64,000 nucleotides of DNA from Rhynchopus sp. YZ270_cl-10 (taxonomy: Eukaryota), in assembly GCA_964035575.1 (NCBI GenBank), contig OZ037844.1, positions 992,001-1,056,000 of the forward strand. Reading direction: 5' to 3'. A model generated the notes under the pieces. That model searched no databases, had not been told where the DNA came from, and saw only the letters and a program-made list of their open reading frames with translations. Positions 46,980-60,609 of the stretch are shown here, piece by piece. Position numbers and translations under genes: made by a program. How positions within the stretch are numbered: the stretch's first letter is position 1; the number at the start of each line of letters is the position of its first letter.

Positions 46980-49900
46980 TCACAACGGCGACCGCTGCAG
47001 CAGCTGCACACCCCCCAATACAACCGTCCACAGCCTGCCCCACTCCTCCTCCTCCTCCCCAGCAAGCACACTGCGGATGAGGTTCTGTTCTGCGGCGAGC
47101 TTTGCGGACTGCCTCTCACGAACTTCCTTTTCATGAAGTCCGTGGACGAGGCTTTCATACAACCAGAGCACATGCTCACGGAAGCAAACTTCCTCCTCTT
47201 GCAAAAGATCTGACCCGGGAACTAGACTGGCAATGCTGCTGGGGGTCAGGGTGCGGATAAAACCTTCCTGGGAAACATCTGCCCCTATACTACTGGAACG
47301 GCGGTTTTGAAGCAAGGCAACTGCGTCATCTACGCCATCTGTTGCGCGCAGTGCTGCAGCAAAGTCAAACCGAGCCACCTCCTCCTGCAGACACAACTCC
47401 AACGCCCCTTCTGCATATCCCCGCAACACCACCCCCCGCCCCTCCATCTCCTCAATCCCCCTGAGAGTTTCTCCATACCACACATTATGATCCATTTCTA
47501 CTACCTCCCTCTCCGTTTCCTCCCCCTTCGTCACCTCCACAATGACGACACTTCTCCATCCTGCCTCAAATGCAACAATCAGATTGATTCTGGAAACATC
47601 TTCTTCGTTGGAAAGGGCACTATACGCTGTAGCTTCGTCATGTAATAGAGAGTGCACCGTGGAGTAATGCTGTATGAGAAGCGTTTCTTCTGTTAAGAGG
47701 GTAAGACGGGAATTTGCCTCAGCGATTTCGGTGACAGAACGAGAGGTAGGAGAGGTGAGTTCTTGTTCGATTGCGGTGCGGTGGCTGGCTTCGGTATCAT
47801 AAAGAAGGCGAGGGGAGGTGAAGATGGTGAGCGCATCATGTGTTATGGCATGTCGAGTTGCTGTTTCTTGAAAGAGCCCAGCGGTGGCACGTTGCAACGC
47901 ACAGTGTGCTCGCTCGGTTACAGCGCGAAGCGATGCTTCGGCAAGAAAGAGGTGCTGTCTGCGATGGTTCCCTTCGGTTCCACAGAGCTCCGCGCGACCG
48001 AGAGATTCATGAGAGCTTTCGCGGAGGCGGCGCCAGCCATTCCTCCACAACTCTTCAATCCCATCACGACCCAGTTCTTCGCAACGTGAAAACAAAAAAT
48101 CTTTTCGATCCTCCCTTTCATAGACCTCAATACGAATTCGGTCCGTCTTCTCTGGCTCAAAGAGATGCACCAAAAAGCGGTATTCTCGATGTTCAAAATA
48201 TTCAATCAAATTTCGACGAAGAAGCTCAAAATCGGGAACCACCACTCCTAAGGTCGCATTTAGATGTGCTGTGACAACTGCCCCACGCTCTGCCGCCTCT
48301 TTACTCCCAAGAATGACCGCATGCGCTGCAAAACCCAGATTAAACATCTGCTCCTCTCTGCTCACTGATTCCTCCGTTTCAATTGCTGTCCTACACCCTG
48401 CCGCTTCTTCTCTACACCCTGTCAGAAGACCTGCATACTGGGTCATATCTACCCCACAACGGCAGACCCTCTCCTTCAGCTCTAGAAGAGCAACTTCTGC
48501 GTTATGGTGGTGGTGGTGCAGGGCATTGCGGTGGGCTGTCTCCTGGAGGCAGAGGAGGTCGGTGGAGAATGCGTGCATGATGGAGGTGCGGACGGTCCAT
48601 TCCTTTTCGTTTGAGATGAAGTCGAGGAGGTGCGCAATGCGAAGAAGGACCGTGCGTTTGGCAAGGTGTACCCGAACGGCACGTTGCGCAGGGAGAATGG
48701 AGGTGTGGCGGAAGGAGAGTTTGGCAGCGTGGATGAGGGCAGATCTGGTGTCGGTTTCGTCTTGGTGGACCCGGGTGCGCCAGTATTCCTCGTGGACGCG
48801 GACTTTGCGGAGGCCGATGAAAAGAATTTCATCAGCGCCAAAGAGAAAGGCGTCGCCAAAGCGTGACCACTGCCAGGTCGATTCTTCGAGGATCGATTCG
48901 CGCGCTGCGGCTTCATTGGCGAGGCAGCTGATGGCAAGCTCCTGGAGCTGTTCCTGCAGCATGCTCTGCAGCTGCGCCTCCTCAGACCGGATTGACACAT
49001 GGCCGCGTTCGATTTGCTCGCGGATCAGTCGGCGCTGTTCGGCAACCTTCCGTTGTCCACGTACCTCCGCCAGCTCTGATCGTAGAATCTCCAACCTCGC
49101 AATGCGTCCCCCCTCCCCAGTCCGATAAACTCCACGAAAAAACCTCTGAATCGCAACAATTTGCGGTGTTTTACCCACCGCCTTAGCCTCATGAACACCA
49201 AGCTCGCTCCTCTCTGATTTAACCATTTGAAGGAAGCATTCGTCAGAACACAATTCTAAGCGATACCGCGAAGAACGCTCTGCTGAAATCACAAAGGCCA
49301 TCAAATCAGACAGACGGGAGGCAGCGAGGGTGTGTCTGAGGGCAGCTTCGTTGTCCATGAAGAGGGAGGTAAATGAGGCAAACTGCTGTGCGCAGCATAC
49401 CGGTCGTACCATGCCTTCTGCCACCTCTACGTGGAGCAGATCAGCGTGGAGTGTGACGACACTCCTCTCGTCCGCCTCTGCACACAGCATCGCACCCCGC
49501 TGGGAAGCCTGCTGTGCACGATACGTAATCTGCCCTCTCTCCCGCACTGCGCTCACCATCAGCCCACACATACCCTGCGTAAACGCATCGTGCACAGAAT
49601 ACATCGCAAGGCACACCGTAGATGTGAAGTTCTCCACCACCATCTCGCTCCGTGAACGAGCCTCGAATTCCTGCAATGCCTCCTTCCGGTGGGACAACGT
49701 CAGGTGCCGTCTGGCGACTGCGAGAAGTTGGGCAATGTCATCCGCTTCTTTAGTCTGCGCGAAAAGAAGAGGGGAAGAGAGGGGGAAAGAGTAGAAATGA
49801 AGAAGAAGTGAGGAACGGAGAGTGTTGTTCCAGTTGTTAGAATTGTTAGAATTTGGTTTTGATTTATTTTAGGCCACAACAGGATAGCCAGCACCCATAG

Positions 49901-51572
49901 TTTGTCCAAGAATAAGGGGAAAAAAGTTGACTTCAAATACAAAGCCCCCGACAATGCACCTTACCTGAAATATAAAGAGATGGCATAGTCGTCTGAAAAG
50001 ACGATGAAAAAAATGGGGTATTTTGGCGCAAAAATTGCTGATTTGGAACAATCTGGGACAGTCCAAAAATGATAAAGTCCGAGTCGGGGGAAAAAAAAAT
50101 TGTCAACCAAGGTTCCTTGTAGGGCGGGTGGGGGTTTTTACCATCTATTATTGTTTTGACCATACCAACACAACGTCTCTGTGCATAGGCTCCAGGTTTA
50201 ATGCTAGCGCCCGCCTTCTTGGTGCGATGAGGTCATCAACCAGCACGAAGCGGAAGACACGCCCCAGCTCCTCTCTGGTCCACGTCTCGTCCTCTGTGAG
50301 GGTGGTGCGTGCTTGGACCTCTTCTCTCCCGAGGCCTTCGATAAGCCAGCTTAGGGCATGTGTTTCCTCGTACTCCTCTGCTGTCCGTAGCGCCTCGGTG
50401 AGTGTCCGCAAATACTTTCTGTGCTGTGTACGCTGTGCACAAAATGGCTCAACGGGGTCAACCAAACCTTCTTTTGCAACTTCTTTCTCTTGTGCCTTGG
50501 CCGCTTTTTGCTCTTTCCGCCGCAGTCTTGCTCGACCCCCAAGCACCGGCTTTGCTACTACTACACATGGAGAACCTGGTTGCGGAGGCTCCAGAGCACG
50601 CACATACTGAAGCGCAGTATGAGAGCGTGCACGCATCTCAGCCTCGACCACGACAGACCGGGCGCTTTCTTCGGTGACGTCGATGTCGATGTTGTTTATG
50701 TCACCCAGGCTATCCGCTCTTTCGAAGTTGTGGGCGTGGAGGAGGGAAGGGTGCCGCGCCTTTTGCATACATTGAAAAACAATTTGCGCAGCAGTATACG
50801 TTGCGCACACATCAATATACCAATGTGCCTCAATCACCGCACGCTGCCCAACCTCCTCCGCGACCACATCACGCACCACATGCTGGCACTCTCTTGGCAA
50901 CGACGACACCGAAACGTGACTAGCCACACTACCACAGCTCTGATACGAAACAGCCGATGCAGGACGTGAAATCAGATGCTTCCTCCGCTCTTCTGCAACA
51001 CCCACAGAGCACAGAGCAGCCTCCTCTATAGCCAATCTGGCATGCGTAAAATCCGCGAAAATCATATAAAAATTCATCCCCCGCGATTCCTGAAGGACCT
51101 TTCGGTCGATCGTTTCAAGCGTCAAGACATCAAGGAGCTGTTGAGCTAAGCCTTCCAACCGTTGCCTCGTCTCCTCCATAGTCCATAGGTCTTGCCTATC
51201 AGAGCGTTCTTCGCGGACAATGTCACGTCGTGAGCGTGGCTCTTCGGCTTGATGTAAAAATCGTGTTCTAGGGAGTAGTACTTCTTCGATTAGATGGTGG
51301 CGTGCGTATTGACGGAGCTGGAGATGCTCCCATGAGGCTTCCTCGTGGAGTGCGCGTCGGGAGCTTGCTTCCTCGCGGTGCAGATCGCTTTGCTCCAGTT
51401 GTCTGCCGTACCCAGGTGCAGGGATGGGGTGGGCATGCTTCGCAGCCTCGTCCACACCACGCACGGCAGTCGACGAACAGATCCGGCGATACGTCAAGGC
51501 GCTCTTCTTCGCTGGCGGCTGAGGGACTATCGAGGATTCTGCTCCAACATGAGGAAGGGTGACTCCACTCAT
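46980..51572 (-). CDS. Large Glu/Arg-rich helical or coiled-coil protein, ~1390 aa, two exons: 51572-50166 and 49754-46980
   Basis: Two long ORFs joined by a phase-0 GT-AG intron (donor TTG|GTATGG at 50165; polypyrimidine tract + CAG|ACT acceptor at 49755). Repeated EE..R helical segments and IQ-like segments (AIQRFFRG, PAQRAVRVHL). Confidence 0.8.
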
Positions 51573-52139
51573 TTTTTTGAAAACCAAATTAGAAAAGCCG
51601 ATCCCTAAAATCTCTTTGAAGAGAAAGCGCAAAAAAACAGTATAACGTATCAAGCTTTTACCCTTATGCTCTACGTGAGATTTCTGTTCTCACTGAGCTT
51701 GCCTTAGGACACCTGCGTTAAGGTGTGGAGACACAAAGGGAAAGAAAGAAAAATAGAAAGGAAAAAAAAAAAAAAGAGGGGAATTTAACTGTTCATTAGG
51801 GGATTGGTTATGTGGGTGGTGTGAAAGCACGGCAAAAAAAAAAAATCAAAAGGGTTGAAAAATATCAAAAACCGGCTAAATGCTTAACAGTTATTTGGGT
51901 GATAAAGGGAGGGCAAGGGAGGGCAAGGGTTTAAAAAAATGAGGATTAAATACTGCAAGGTGGGGAAGGGATGGAGGGGTGAAACCTGTAGAAGAAAAAA
52001 GGTGTGGTTGTGGTTCTTGGAGGGGGGGTAGATGGGTGGGTAGGAGGGAGAACCGAGTAATGGTAGCGGGGATTTGATGGAGTTTGAAGAATTATTTTTT
52101 TTTTCCAAAATTTCGTTGTATTTAGTGTAGCCACCCCTA

Positions 52140-52287
52140 GGCATAGTGTGCACACGAGTCGTATTATCGTTCGGGATCTGACAAAGATTATCGCATACGA
52201 CTCGTATATTATCGTATACACGATTATGTGTGGAAACCCCGTGTAAAAAAAATTATCGTACGTTTCGTTTCGTGTGCACACTATGCC
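52140..52287. mobile_element. MITE inserted into a 48-nt element copy (TSD TA or CTAG, ambiguous)
   Basis: GGCATAGTGTGCACACGA..TCGTGTGCACACTATGCC splits GTGTAGCCACCCCTAG / AGTGTGCTCCGCTAT. Confidence 0.8.
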
Positions 52288-53073
52288 TAGAGTGTGCTCC
52301 GCTATTTCCACCATCAGGAAGAGGGAAATTTTTGTCTAATTATAGACCACTATCAACTAGATAGCAGCCACAGTTTTTTTTTCTTCACAGAATCCTTAAA
52401 AGAGAGCAAATAGGGGGGGAAGGAAAAAATACGGTTGTATTCTGTTGTTTTGCTCACTTCTAGCGGTTAAACCAGTAGTCCGTGTTGTCACAATACACTT
52501 CCAACCTTTGGGCTAGAAAAGGGTGGAAGGAAGGCATTACTATAAAAAAAAAAATCATTTTCACACACCACAGCAATGTCCCACCCTTAGGAACTGTGCA
52601 CCAAACTGCTTTTCAACACACATCACAAATGGGTAATATTCCAAACACTGAGTTCAAAACACATCACACCTGGTAATCATCAAGCACCGCTCCACACTAA
52701 AGGTGTCGTACTGAATGCACACCCAGGGGCAGCATACAAGAGCAATCCGTATAGGCTAAGGTGAGTATCCACCTTCACACCTCAAAATGAGACTCCTTTC
52801 TTTCCCCCCCCTTCTCCCTCCCTCCTCCTTGGCTAGAAAGTGCACAAGAAAAGTAATTCCTAAAAGGCGGAAATTGAAAATCGGCGGAATTTACTTTAGG
52901 TGGAATTTTTTCCTTAGGCGGGAAGATTCCTTAGGCAGACAGAAGAGAGTTAGGTACAGAGTCTTTTAGGTTTTGCTAAAAAGGGCTAAATATGAGATAC
53001 CCTTTCTCATAGTTGACACCACCAGGGAGTACTGTGTTTTAACGAAGTTTCTGTCTTCTCTCTTCTCTCTCCG

Positions 53074-55229
53074 TCATACGACATGAGGGGTATCTACACT
53101 GTTGACGTAGAGAACTTTGCAGAGTTCGATGTCTCGCTCGAGGTCGGACCACTTTGAGGAGGAGGGGTGTGAGGCTTCTATGGAGCGCAGGTCTGCAGAG
53201 GCAGCGTCGCAGACACGGAGCATGGCCTGGGCGGTGAGGAGACCGTGCTGGTAGGCCTTGCGTGCGGCCCCAGGGTAGGTGAGGAAGAAGCAGATGGGCC
53301 GATCGCAGCAGGAGGTGTCGTGCGGCACCGCCGTGTTCGTGTCGTTGCTCACGCAGTGCATGAAGACGCCCATCACATCCTGCGCATAGTTTTCAAGCAT
53401 AAGCTCACCACAATGCAAATCCCATTCCCCGGTATCCCCAACAAGAATGTACTGATTCCGTTCCGTCCCCCCAACGCAGGGGTGGGTACACGTTGCAAGC
53501 GTTTCTTTGAAATTGTGGAATTTTCTTAGCCCCCGGTTCTCAACGCGGACCCATTCTGCGACACTCCCGTAGAGGACGCAGCCTTTATCCCACCCGATAC
53601 CCCATTGGGCGTGGCCGTTGTCAGCACCGGTTTGTTGAAAGGCCTTTACAACGCGGTTGCGTTGGCCAAGCTTGAGTGCAGGGCCCAGCTCCTTCGCGCG
53701 AGCGGTGAGGACAGCGACTGGGGCAGGGGCTTCATGAGAAGGAAGGGCGTGGCAGCTGAGCTCATATGCGAACTGCGCGACTCCAGGGTAGATGACACCT
53801 CGTGCGTACTGTGGGGTGTGGGGATGAGGGGTGGTGCTGAGGCTGTACGCATCTCATGACACTCATAGGGGGGCAGGTTTATAAGGGGGTGGCTGTATTC
53901 CCTCACATTCGTGTGGGATGGGGTGCTCCATCCTATTTTCCAAAAACGTACAAAGGGGCCAGGTTTATAAGGGAGGGAGGTTAAGTTAAGAGCGGGTCGT
54001 TTGCTGTAAAGCCATTGAGGTCTCATCCTCCTCCACCAAGGTTACGCCACTATCGGCGCCATCTGCACCCGCGTGCCTCATAGGGTACAAGGAGGCTTAT
54101 AAGGGAGGGAGGGAGGGGGGAAGCCATGCATCAGAAAGGAACGACCACGTCGTCTTCTGTCTGATCCCCAAACTCATGCTCTAGTAGTAGAGCACATTCT
54201 GGTGTACCTTCAGCACACTGAGCAAAATATTAAAACTGACGTCCTTTTCTCGAACTCTCGCCCTTTTGGAGCATTGATAACAGAATTGTTTTGGAATATC
54301 GTCGTGACCAAATAAGAGAAAGCGGTGTCGACACATCTGTACTGAAGCATACCTGCGCATCGACGCCACCGAGGGAGTATCCAAGGATGTTGTAGTTCCC
54401 TGACGACTTGATTGTGTCGTCAATGTCGAAGATCGCCTGCACCCGACGTGCCTGTGGAGGCATGCGCTGCACCATCGACCCCTCGCTCAGGGGTGACACC
54501 GGGTCCGCCTTGCTTGCACCGGCCCGCCGTGTCAGCCCTCCGTTCTGCAGGTGGCTCCCTTGTGTGTTCAGTACCTGCGGAAAGGAGTGGTCAGTTAGAA
54601 GGGGCAAAAAACAAAAGAATGGTTTCAGTGAAGCTTGATTTAAACAAAGGTTGAGTTGAAATAGAAAGGGAGGGAACAGTGTGTACCATGACCGGCTGTA
54701 TCGGGGAGGTGGACCCCCCCAACCATAAAGGAGAGCGAGGCCACAAATAGCTAGCCTTTAATATATCACCTTGTGTCAGAGTCTCCCCGAGACACATACC
54801 TTGCCTATGTTATTGTATGCAGGAAGCTTCTTCTTTCGTGTGCCTCGTACACACATGAAAGCAAGCACGAGCAGCGCTGTTGGGAATGGGGGGGGGGTTT
54901 GAAGGTTTCAAAAAAAAATCTTGAAAAGCGCCGAAAAAGTTTACTTTTTTTCGCCAAAACTACAAAAAAAAAAGTACAAACTGGCCAGATATATTCAGCA
55001 AAGTTTTTGAAAAAAAAATTGACCAAAAAAGCAGAGGTGAAATACAAAGGTGCATGACCAGCTGTACCGGGGTGGTCCATTTCGTGATTTACATCTGAAA
55101 AAAAATTGTTTCATATACTAACTATTCTACTGAATAGATGGTTTTATAGTGCTGGGGAAAAAAAAAGTACAGAAACATACATGCTGGTCCTATGACCAGA
55201 AGCGCTGAGTGCGCCGTCGGGCGACGCAT
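53074..55229 (-). CDS. HAD-superfamily phosphatase, App1/phosphatidate phosphatase-like, 360 aa, four exons: 55229-55181, 54876-54800, 54574-54353, 53808-53074
   Basis: Three GTATG..CAG introns with consistent phases. Motifs FDIDDTIKSSG, IYPGV, VLTAR, RKF and LVGDTGEWD; hydrophobic N-terminal segment. Confidence 0.85.
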
Positions 55230-55550
55230 CTCCTCCCCACGACCACCTCCACCCTCTTCGCTGTGTCTCGAAGGCTGCGAACTCCGTACAGGCCTATGCC
55301 TGAAGCGCCGTGTCGTACCACCTTCCACACCACGACCCTCTGTCATCTAGCAACCTTGCCTTTTGGGCCTCTCAGAAGTGAAAGGCTATCTAAGGACCAT
55401 GCCCTCCCCCACTACCAACCACCACCCCCTCTTTTTCTCCCTGATAGATGAAAAAATGGTGAGGCGCAAAAAAAAACAACAAATTTAAAAAAAATTCTGG
55501 TTTTCCCAAAGGGTTTCTTTCCTTCCCCTTCCCCCCCCCCCCCTCCCCCC

Positions 55551-56687
55551 CTAAATGGAAGTCCGCGAACCCGCCAAAAACTCGATTGCTCCATCATTCA
55601 TTCCTACAGTCTTTAGTTCTCCTTCTTTGAAGGAGAAGATTGCGTAGCGTGGGATGCCTAGGGGGCCGACTGGGAGGCCTCGTTGGACGAAAGGGAGGGC
55701 GGGGCAGATGCGTTTTGCGGTTTTTTTTGAGAAGAGTGGATCGAGCCGGTGGAGGTCTACGAAGGAAGACCGGAGGGTGAGCACTGTCAACATCGCATCA
55801 TTTGGTGCAAGCTGTTCCTTTGGGGTACCACGCACCACAGCCATCGCTTGATCCGCTAGCCTCGCAGCGTCATCCTTCGACCCCAACCCAGACGCTGCCG
55901 CACTACACAACGCCAACGCCCATCCTTTGTAATCACCTACCGGCAGTCTCCACGCCTCATTACACCATGAAAACCTTCCCCAATGTTCCTTCGCCCCAGA
56001 CGCTCCAACTGCAGACAGCAGCATCGTCTTTGCCCACACAACATCCGCCATTTCCCCTTCCACCCCTTTCACCAATTTCTCCATCCTCCACATCGAGAGC
56101 CCAAACCGTGAGGTAACCTTTTGGACACCACCGGGAGAGGTTCGCTGTTGAATGAGTGACTCCCGCGTGGCTCTCCCGGAGTGGTATAAAAGGTAGCCCT
56201 GAGCCCAAACCTCGGGAGCGGAATAGTCATTCGATTTTTCTTCGAGGAGTGTTTCGACGATGCAGGAGGCAGCTGAGGCGCGGGTGTCGTCGTACATATT
56301 ACCTGCGGCAACACAGATTCGAGAGAGAATCCAAAGACGTACCTCAGGTGGAGCAGGATACGCCTTGAATGTCTCAATGCAGCTGTACACACAGCTCCGC
56401 ATTTCCGCATCCGTACAGCGATTATGATCGAGCGTTGCCAGGGCAGGAACCCCCAGTTCCTCACAGAGGAGCACCATACCTTCTTGGTACAACTCCAGAT
56501 CTCCCAACATGCTTGCACAGAGCGTCGCAATGCTGGTAGGCACCGGGTTGTACTGTTCCTTGTGATCTAAAATATCAAGGATTTCTTCGCGCATTGATGC
56601 CATGGTTGGTTCTACAAATCCAATAGCAGGAACAGTAGTAAAACGGCATTGAGTTTGCAAAGAAACTATACGGACACAACGACGCAT
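55551..56687 (-). CDS. Hypothetical protein, 378 aa
   Basis: Long ATG-initiated ORF bounded by AT-rich flanks; the Arg-rich, acid-free N-terminus could be a mitochondrial presequence. Confidence 0.75.
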   Translation of the reverse strand: MRRCVRIVSLQTQCRFTTVPAIGFVEPTMASMREEILDILDHKEQYNPVPTSIATLCASMLGDLELYQEGMVLLCEELGVPALATLDHNRCTDAEMRSCVYSCIETFKAYPAPPEVRLWILSRICVAAGNMYDDTRASAASCIVETLLEEKSNDYSAPEVWAQGYLLYHSGRATRESLIQQRTSPGGVQKVTSRFGLSMWRMEKLVKGVEGEMADVVWAKTMLLSAVGASGAKEHWGRFSWCNEAWRLPVGDYKGWALALCSAAASGLGSKDDAARLADQAMAVVRGTPKEQLAPNDAMLTVLTLRSSFVDLHRLDPLFSKKTAKRICPALPFVQRGLPVGPLGIPRYAIFSFKEGELKTVGMNDGAIEFLAGSRTSI

Positions 56688-57357
56688 GATTAGGATTAAA
56701 AATAAAAAACTAAAAATACGTAAAAAAAAATCAGAGAAGCAAAAAGAGGGAAAACTAATCCTCTAAAAACACCCTATTGTGTGGAAACTAAAGCGATTTG
56801 GGTGATATCAAAAAGGGGGAGGGAGGGAGGGGAGAGAAAGAGAGAGAGAGAGAGAGAGACGAAGAGAAAAAAGGTTTTGGAAGATGTGTCCAAGCTTATA
56901 GTGCTTGAAGAAAAAGGTAGGGGGGGGAAAGAGAAAGAAGAAGAAATTTTTGTTGATGGTTTGCGGTACGTCAACAATGTTTTTTTTTTCTCTCAAATAA
57001 TGTAAAGTAGAACCTTGCCTTGCAGGATATGGTAAACAATAGAAAAAAAAAGGGGGGTTTTTTGGTCGTTTGTCGTGTCTCGAATAAAGTGGGGGGAGAG
57101 AGAAATATCGACTGTGCGGTGATGGTACTAAGGTTTTTGGTGGTATGACATGCTTTGATGACATGATAGGCCTGTAAAAATGACATGGTATGTGCACTGA
57201 AATCAAAAAAAATATATTTTTTTATTATTTCTGGTGCTCCTGACGACCCCATATTGCGTACTTAGTGCGTAGTTGTTGCGTACTTGGTATTTTGGGTTTC
57301 TGGTACCAATTTCGGGAAATTTTTCGACCCCTGGGTCTTGGGCACCGAAAAATGCAA

Positions 57358-57390
<33 letters not shown>

Positions 57391-57964
57391 GCAAAAATAG
57401 GGTGACTATCGGTAATAATCATTACATGGTGAAGCATATGACATGTCGTATCACTAAAAAAACCTTTGTAACATCATCATGTGTTTTTAGGCATCAAAAA
57501 AAGGGGGTTTGCAGGGAAGGGTGGTGGCGATGGCTTCGAGTTGAGGCAGAGGTGGCTAAAAAGGTGCTTTTGTTAGGTAGGTCGAAGCCTTGGAGAAACT
57601 AAGAGTTTCTGCGTATGGAGAATTGCTGTGAACACATTCAGATGGGGGGGGGGGGGGAAGGGGGGGAAGGGGAAGGGGAAAGGGAAAGGGGCGAGCTGCG
57701 GAGAGAGGGGGTAGAAGCCCTATGATAAATCGCACTGTTCTGGTAGTTGAAATCGGCAAAAAAGGAAAAAGAATTTCAACATATGCAATCAATAAATTGA
57801 TAACATAGGAGAAAGAAGGAGAAATAGAAGCTTTAACACTCAGATAAAAACCCATGGGAGACATAGGTTGTGGTGAAACGCACACACCTCGACCTGTTGT
57901 GGTGAGGAGTGTCTCTGCAGCGCGGTTCGTCCCTAAGAACCGCAAAGTGTGTTCAAATAACTAT

Positions 57965-58403
57965 TTATTACCGTGAATTAATTTTCGTTTTATTTACCGA
58001 GTTGAAAATTTTCAACACCGAGTGGACTACAACGCACACGAGGTGGTGAAAAATTCTACGAGGTAAATAAATGCGGAAATTATTCACGTAATACATTATT
58101 TTATTACCGTGGAAATATAGTTGTAGGTGGACTCGTCAAGAAAGTGTGACATATAGAAGCAAATAAAAGGTATATCAGCACAACACAACATCACAATGCC
58201 TGGCACTCAGGATTTAAAGTGAAAATTCAGAAATAAAGTACTTTTTGTCCCCTTTCTCACAAACTCCATACAAAACAGGTACACAAATCGGGGAAATAAA
58301 CAAGGTATTTAAAGACTTTATGTCTCTTCTACAGATTAAAGTCCAGATTATGTCGCACTTTTTCTTCACGAGTCCACCTACAACTTTATTTCCCAGGTAA
58401 TAA
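57965..58403. mobile_element. Two adjacent palindromic MITE-like elements with TTATTACC-type ends (~57965-58092, ~58101-58403)
   Basis: TTATTACCGTGGAAATATAGTTGTAGGTGGACTCGT / ACGAGTCCACCTACAACTTTATTTCCCAGGTAATAA, and TATTACCGTGAAT / ATTCACGTAATA. Confidence 0.65.
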
Positions 58404-58512
58404 AAATGCTTTCTATTTTCTCCTTCATTTCATGAGGTGACACAAAAAAAAAAGAAACGGCACTTTCGAAGGCAGTTTCTATTTTACTTTTTTTACGAAG
58501 AAATACAAGGTA

Positions 58513-58634
58513 CAGTCCCGACCGATATTACGGTGGGTTAATATTACGGCTGGTCGATATTACGGCGGTCGAAATTATGGCCGGATTTTGGGTTCGGCCA
58601 TAATTCCTACCGTCCGTAATATCGGTCGGGACTG
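58513..58634. mobile_element. Tc1/mariner-type MITE (TA TSD)
   Basis: TA|CAGTCCCGACCGATATTACGG..CCGTAATATCGGTCGGGACTG|TA, perfect 21-bp TIR. Confidence 0.85.
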
Positions 58635-58799
58635 TAAGAAACACATCATAAAAAAGAAAGAAAAAAAAAAAAAAAAAAAAAAAAAAGAGAGAAACAAAAC
58701 CTGCCGGAGAAGCATAAACTCCATTTTTTTTGGGAGCAAATGTAGGCATTTTTTCCCCTGACTCTCGCCAAAAAAGAAAATCACGTTTTTTTGTTTTTT

Positions 58800-58847
58800 G
58801 AAAACTTGGTTGTATTAGTGTAGACACCCGAGGATGAACTCCACTAT
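58800..58847 (-). mobile_element. 48-nt hairpin element, subfamily B
   Basis: Same ends as the other copies; T-rich flanks. Confidence 0.75.
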
Positions 58848-59431
58848 ATTTTTTTAAAAAAAACAGAATAATGGATAATCTGTAGTCCCTATTGGTCGGA
58901 AAAACACGTGTTGTTATTATTCTTGTAGTGTACCCGCAAAAGGGGAGTTGGGAGAGATGTTTTTTTCGAGCAGAACACGTATTTGCTCGGTGGTTGGATT
59001 GCCGCATTGTTTGAGACAAAAAAACCTTTTCTTTCTTTGTGAAATCTTCGTTGTAGCGTAGGCAACAAAAGATGCGCTTCACTATACACGCTTTGATGAT
59101 AATCTGGTTCGGTGAAAGCTGACAAGACAGTCCAGGAAAGGATGTTCCTTTTTTTCTTTTCTTTGTTTTTTTTTTTTGAAAAATCGGTCACCTTCGTTAC
59201 TTCTTTTATTGAAAACAGCCACCGTACAAGGCAGCGCACAGTCGCTAAGGTTGCGAAAACTAAAAGAGATAGCTTCATAATATTTTGCCTTCTTTTCTAA
59301 ACGAAAAGAAAAGAGGGTGCGAAAAATGTACCCTTGAAATTTTTTTTTGACATATTTTGCAAAACGTAGAACAAAAAAGTAAAATGCTTCATGCACAAAT
59401 TGAAACTTCAGTAGATCGGTTTCTGACATTA

Positions 59432-59879
59432 CTGGGGGGGGTCGAATAAAGCACGTACGTGTTTTATTAGGCGTCCCTACACTTCAGATCCTGAGGTTTG
59501 AAAAAAAAAAAAAGTTCGAAAAGGCGAATAAAGCACGTACGTGCTTTATTCGCCTTTTTGAACTTTTTGGAAAGTTTTTCCAGTCGCAATTTTTTTTTCG
59601 ATTTTTTTTCGCCCAAGAGGCGAATTTGTTGCATTTCCGAGCCAATCCCAGGCTGTGGTGGGGGATATACGGAAAAATGGACAAAATTTCAGCGACTTAA
59701 ATTTTCACAAAATACGAACTACCTTGTCACAACACAGGAAAAGTTCAAAAAGTCGAATAAAACACGTACGTGCTTTATTCGACGCAAAAAAAAAAGCAAA
59801 AAACACATTTTTCAAATGCGTGCTTTATTCGACGTACGTGCTTTATTCGAATTACCTCGTTTATTCGCCCCCCCCCCAG
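59432..59879. mobile_element. MITE with TA TSD and internal GAATAAAGCACGTACGTGCTTTATTC palindromes
   Basis: TA|CTGGGGGGGGTCGAATAAA..TTTATTCG(C)nAG|TA. Confidence 0.8.
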
Positions 59880-60561
59880 TAACCCTGGTTAAAAGGGAGA
59901 CAAAAAAAAATATCGTAAGATTCACCTATCTCACACTTTGCCGCGGGAATTACACTACCCCTTTGCCATACACATAACAGGCACAGTACGCTTGCCTTCA
60001 TCCAATAAGATTGCGGGGGGTGTGGGGGCGTTCCCTAAAATCGTTTTAAAGAGAAAATTTGAAAGATGAATGTGACTCTCGTGCATGCACACTATGGACA
60101 GAAGAAAAAAAATATATGGCAAAAAAAAAACTGAAAGATGGGAACGTGGCTTTTAAAAAAGAGTAGTGACTAGCAGGCACACCTCCGGCGGGGTGGGGTT
60201 GTTTTTGCTTTTTTTTGAATTTTTTTGAATAATTGACAACGTATAGACACCTCGCTTTTTTTTTTTTTCCGTGTGAACTCCACCATCGCCTATCTCTCGT
60301 TTCGTGGATACCCACCACTGCGTCCTACTCCCGCCTCCACTCGTCAGGTCACGAAGAGGCATCAAGGTAAACCTAGGGTGATTAGGCGAGATACGTTTGG
60401 GCCAGGCCATTTTTTTTTTTTGAAATCCCCATATTTTGAAAAAGATCGAAGGGGGGAAAAGTCGTTCGGTAGTTTTTTTTGTTTTGTTTTGTTTGTTTGT
60501 TTTTTTAATTGCCTCTCGCGTGCAAAACATATTCCCTTGCGCTCGGCTTACTTTTTTTTTT

Positions 60562-60609
60562 GAAAACTTGGTTGTATTAGTGTAGCCACCCTAGAGTGTG
60601 CTCCACTAT
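60562..60609 (-). mobile_element. 48-nt hairpin element, subfamily A
   Basis: Identical to 2368-2415. Confidence 0.75.

Noticed and set aside
55163..55180. SL-like GTTTCTGTACTTT on the minus strand
   Set aside because: It lies just inside an intron donor and lacks the terminal ATTG; likely chance.
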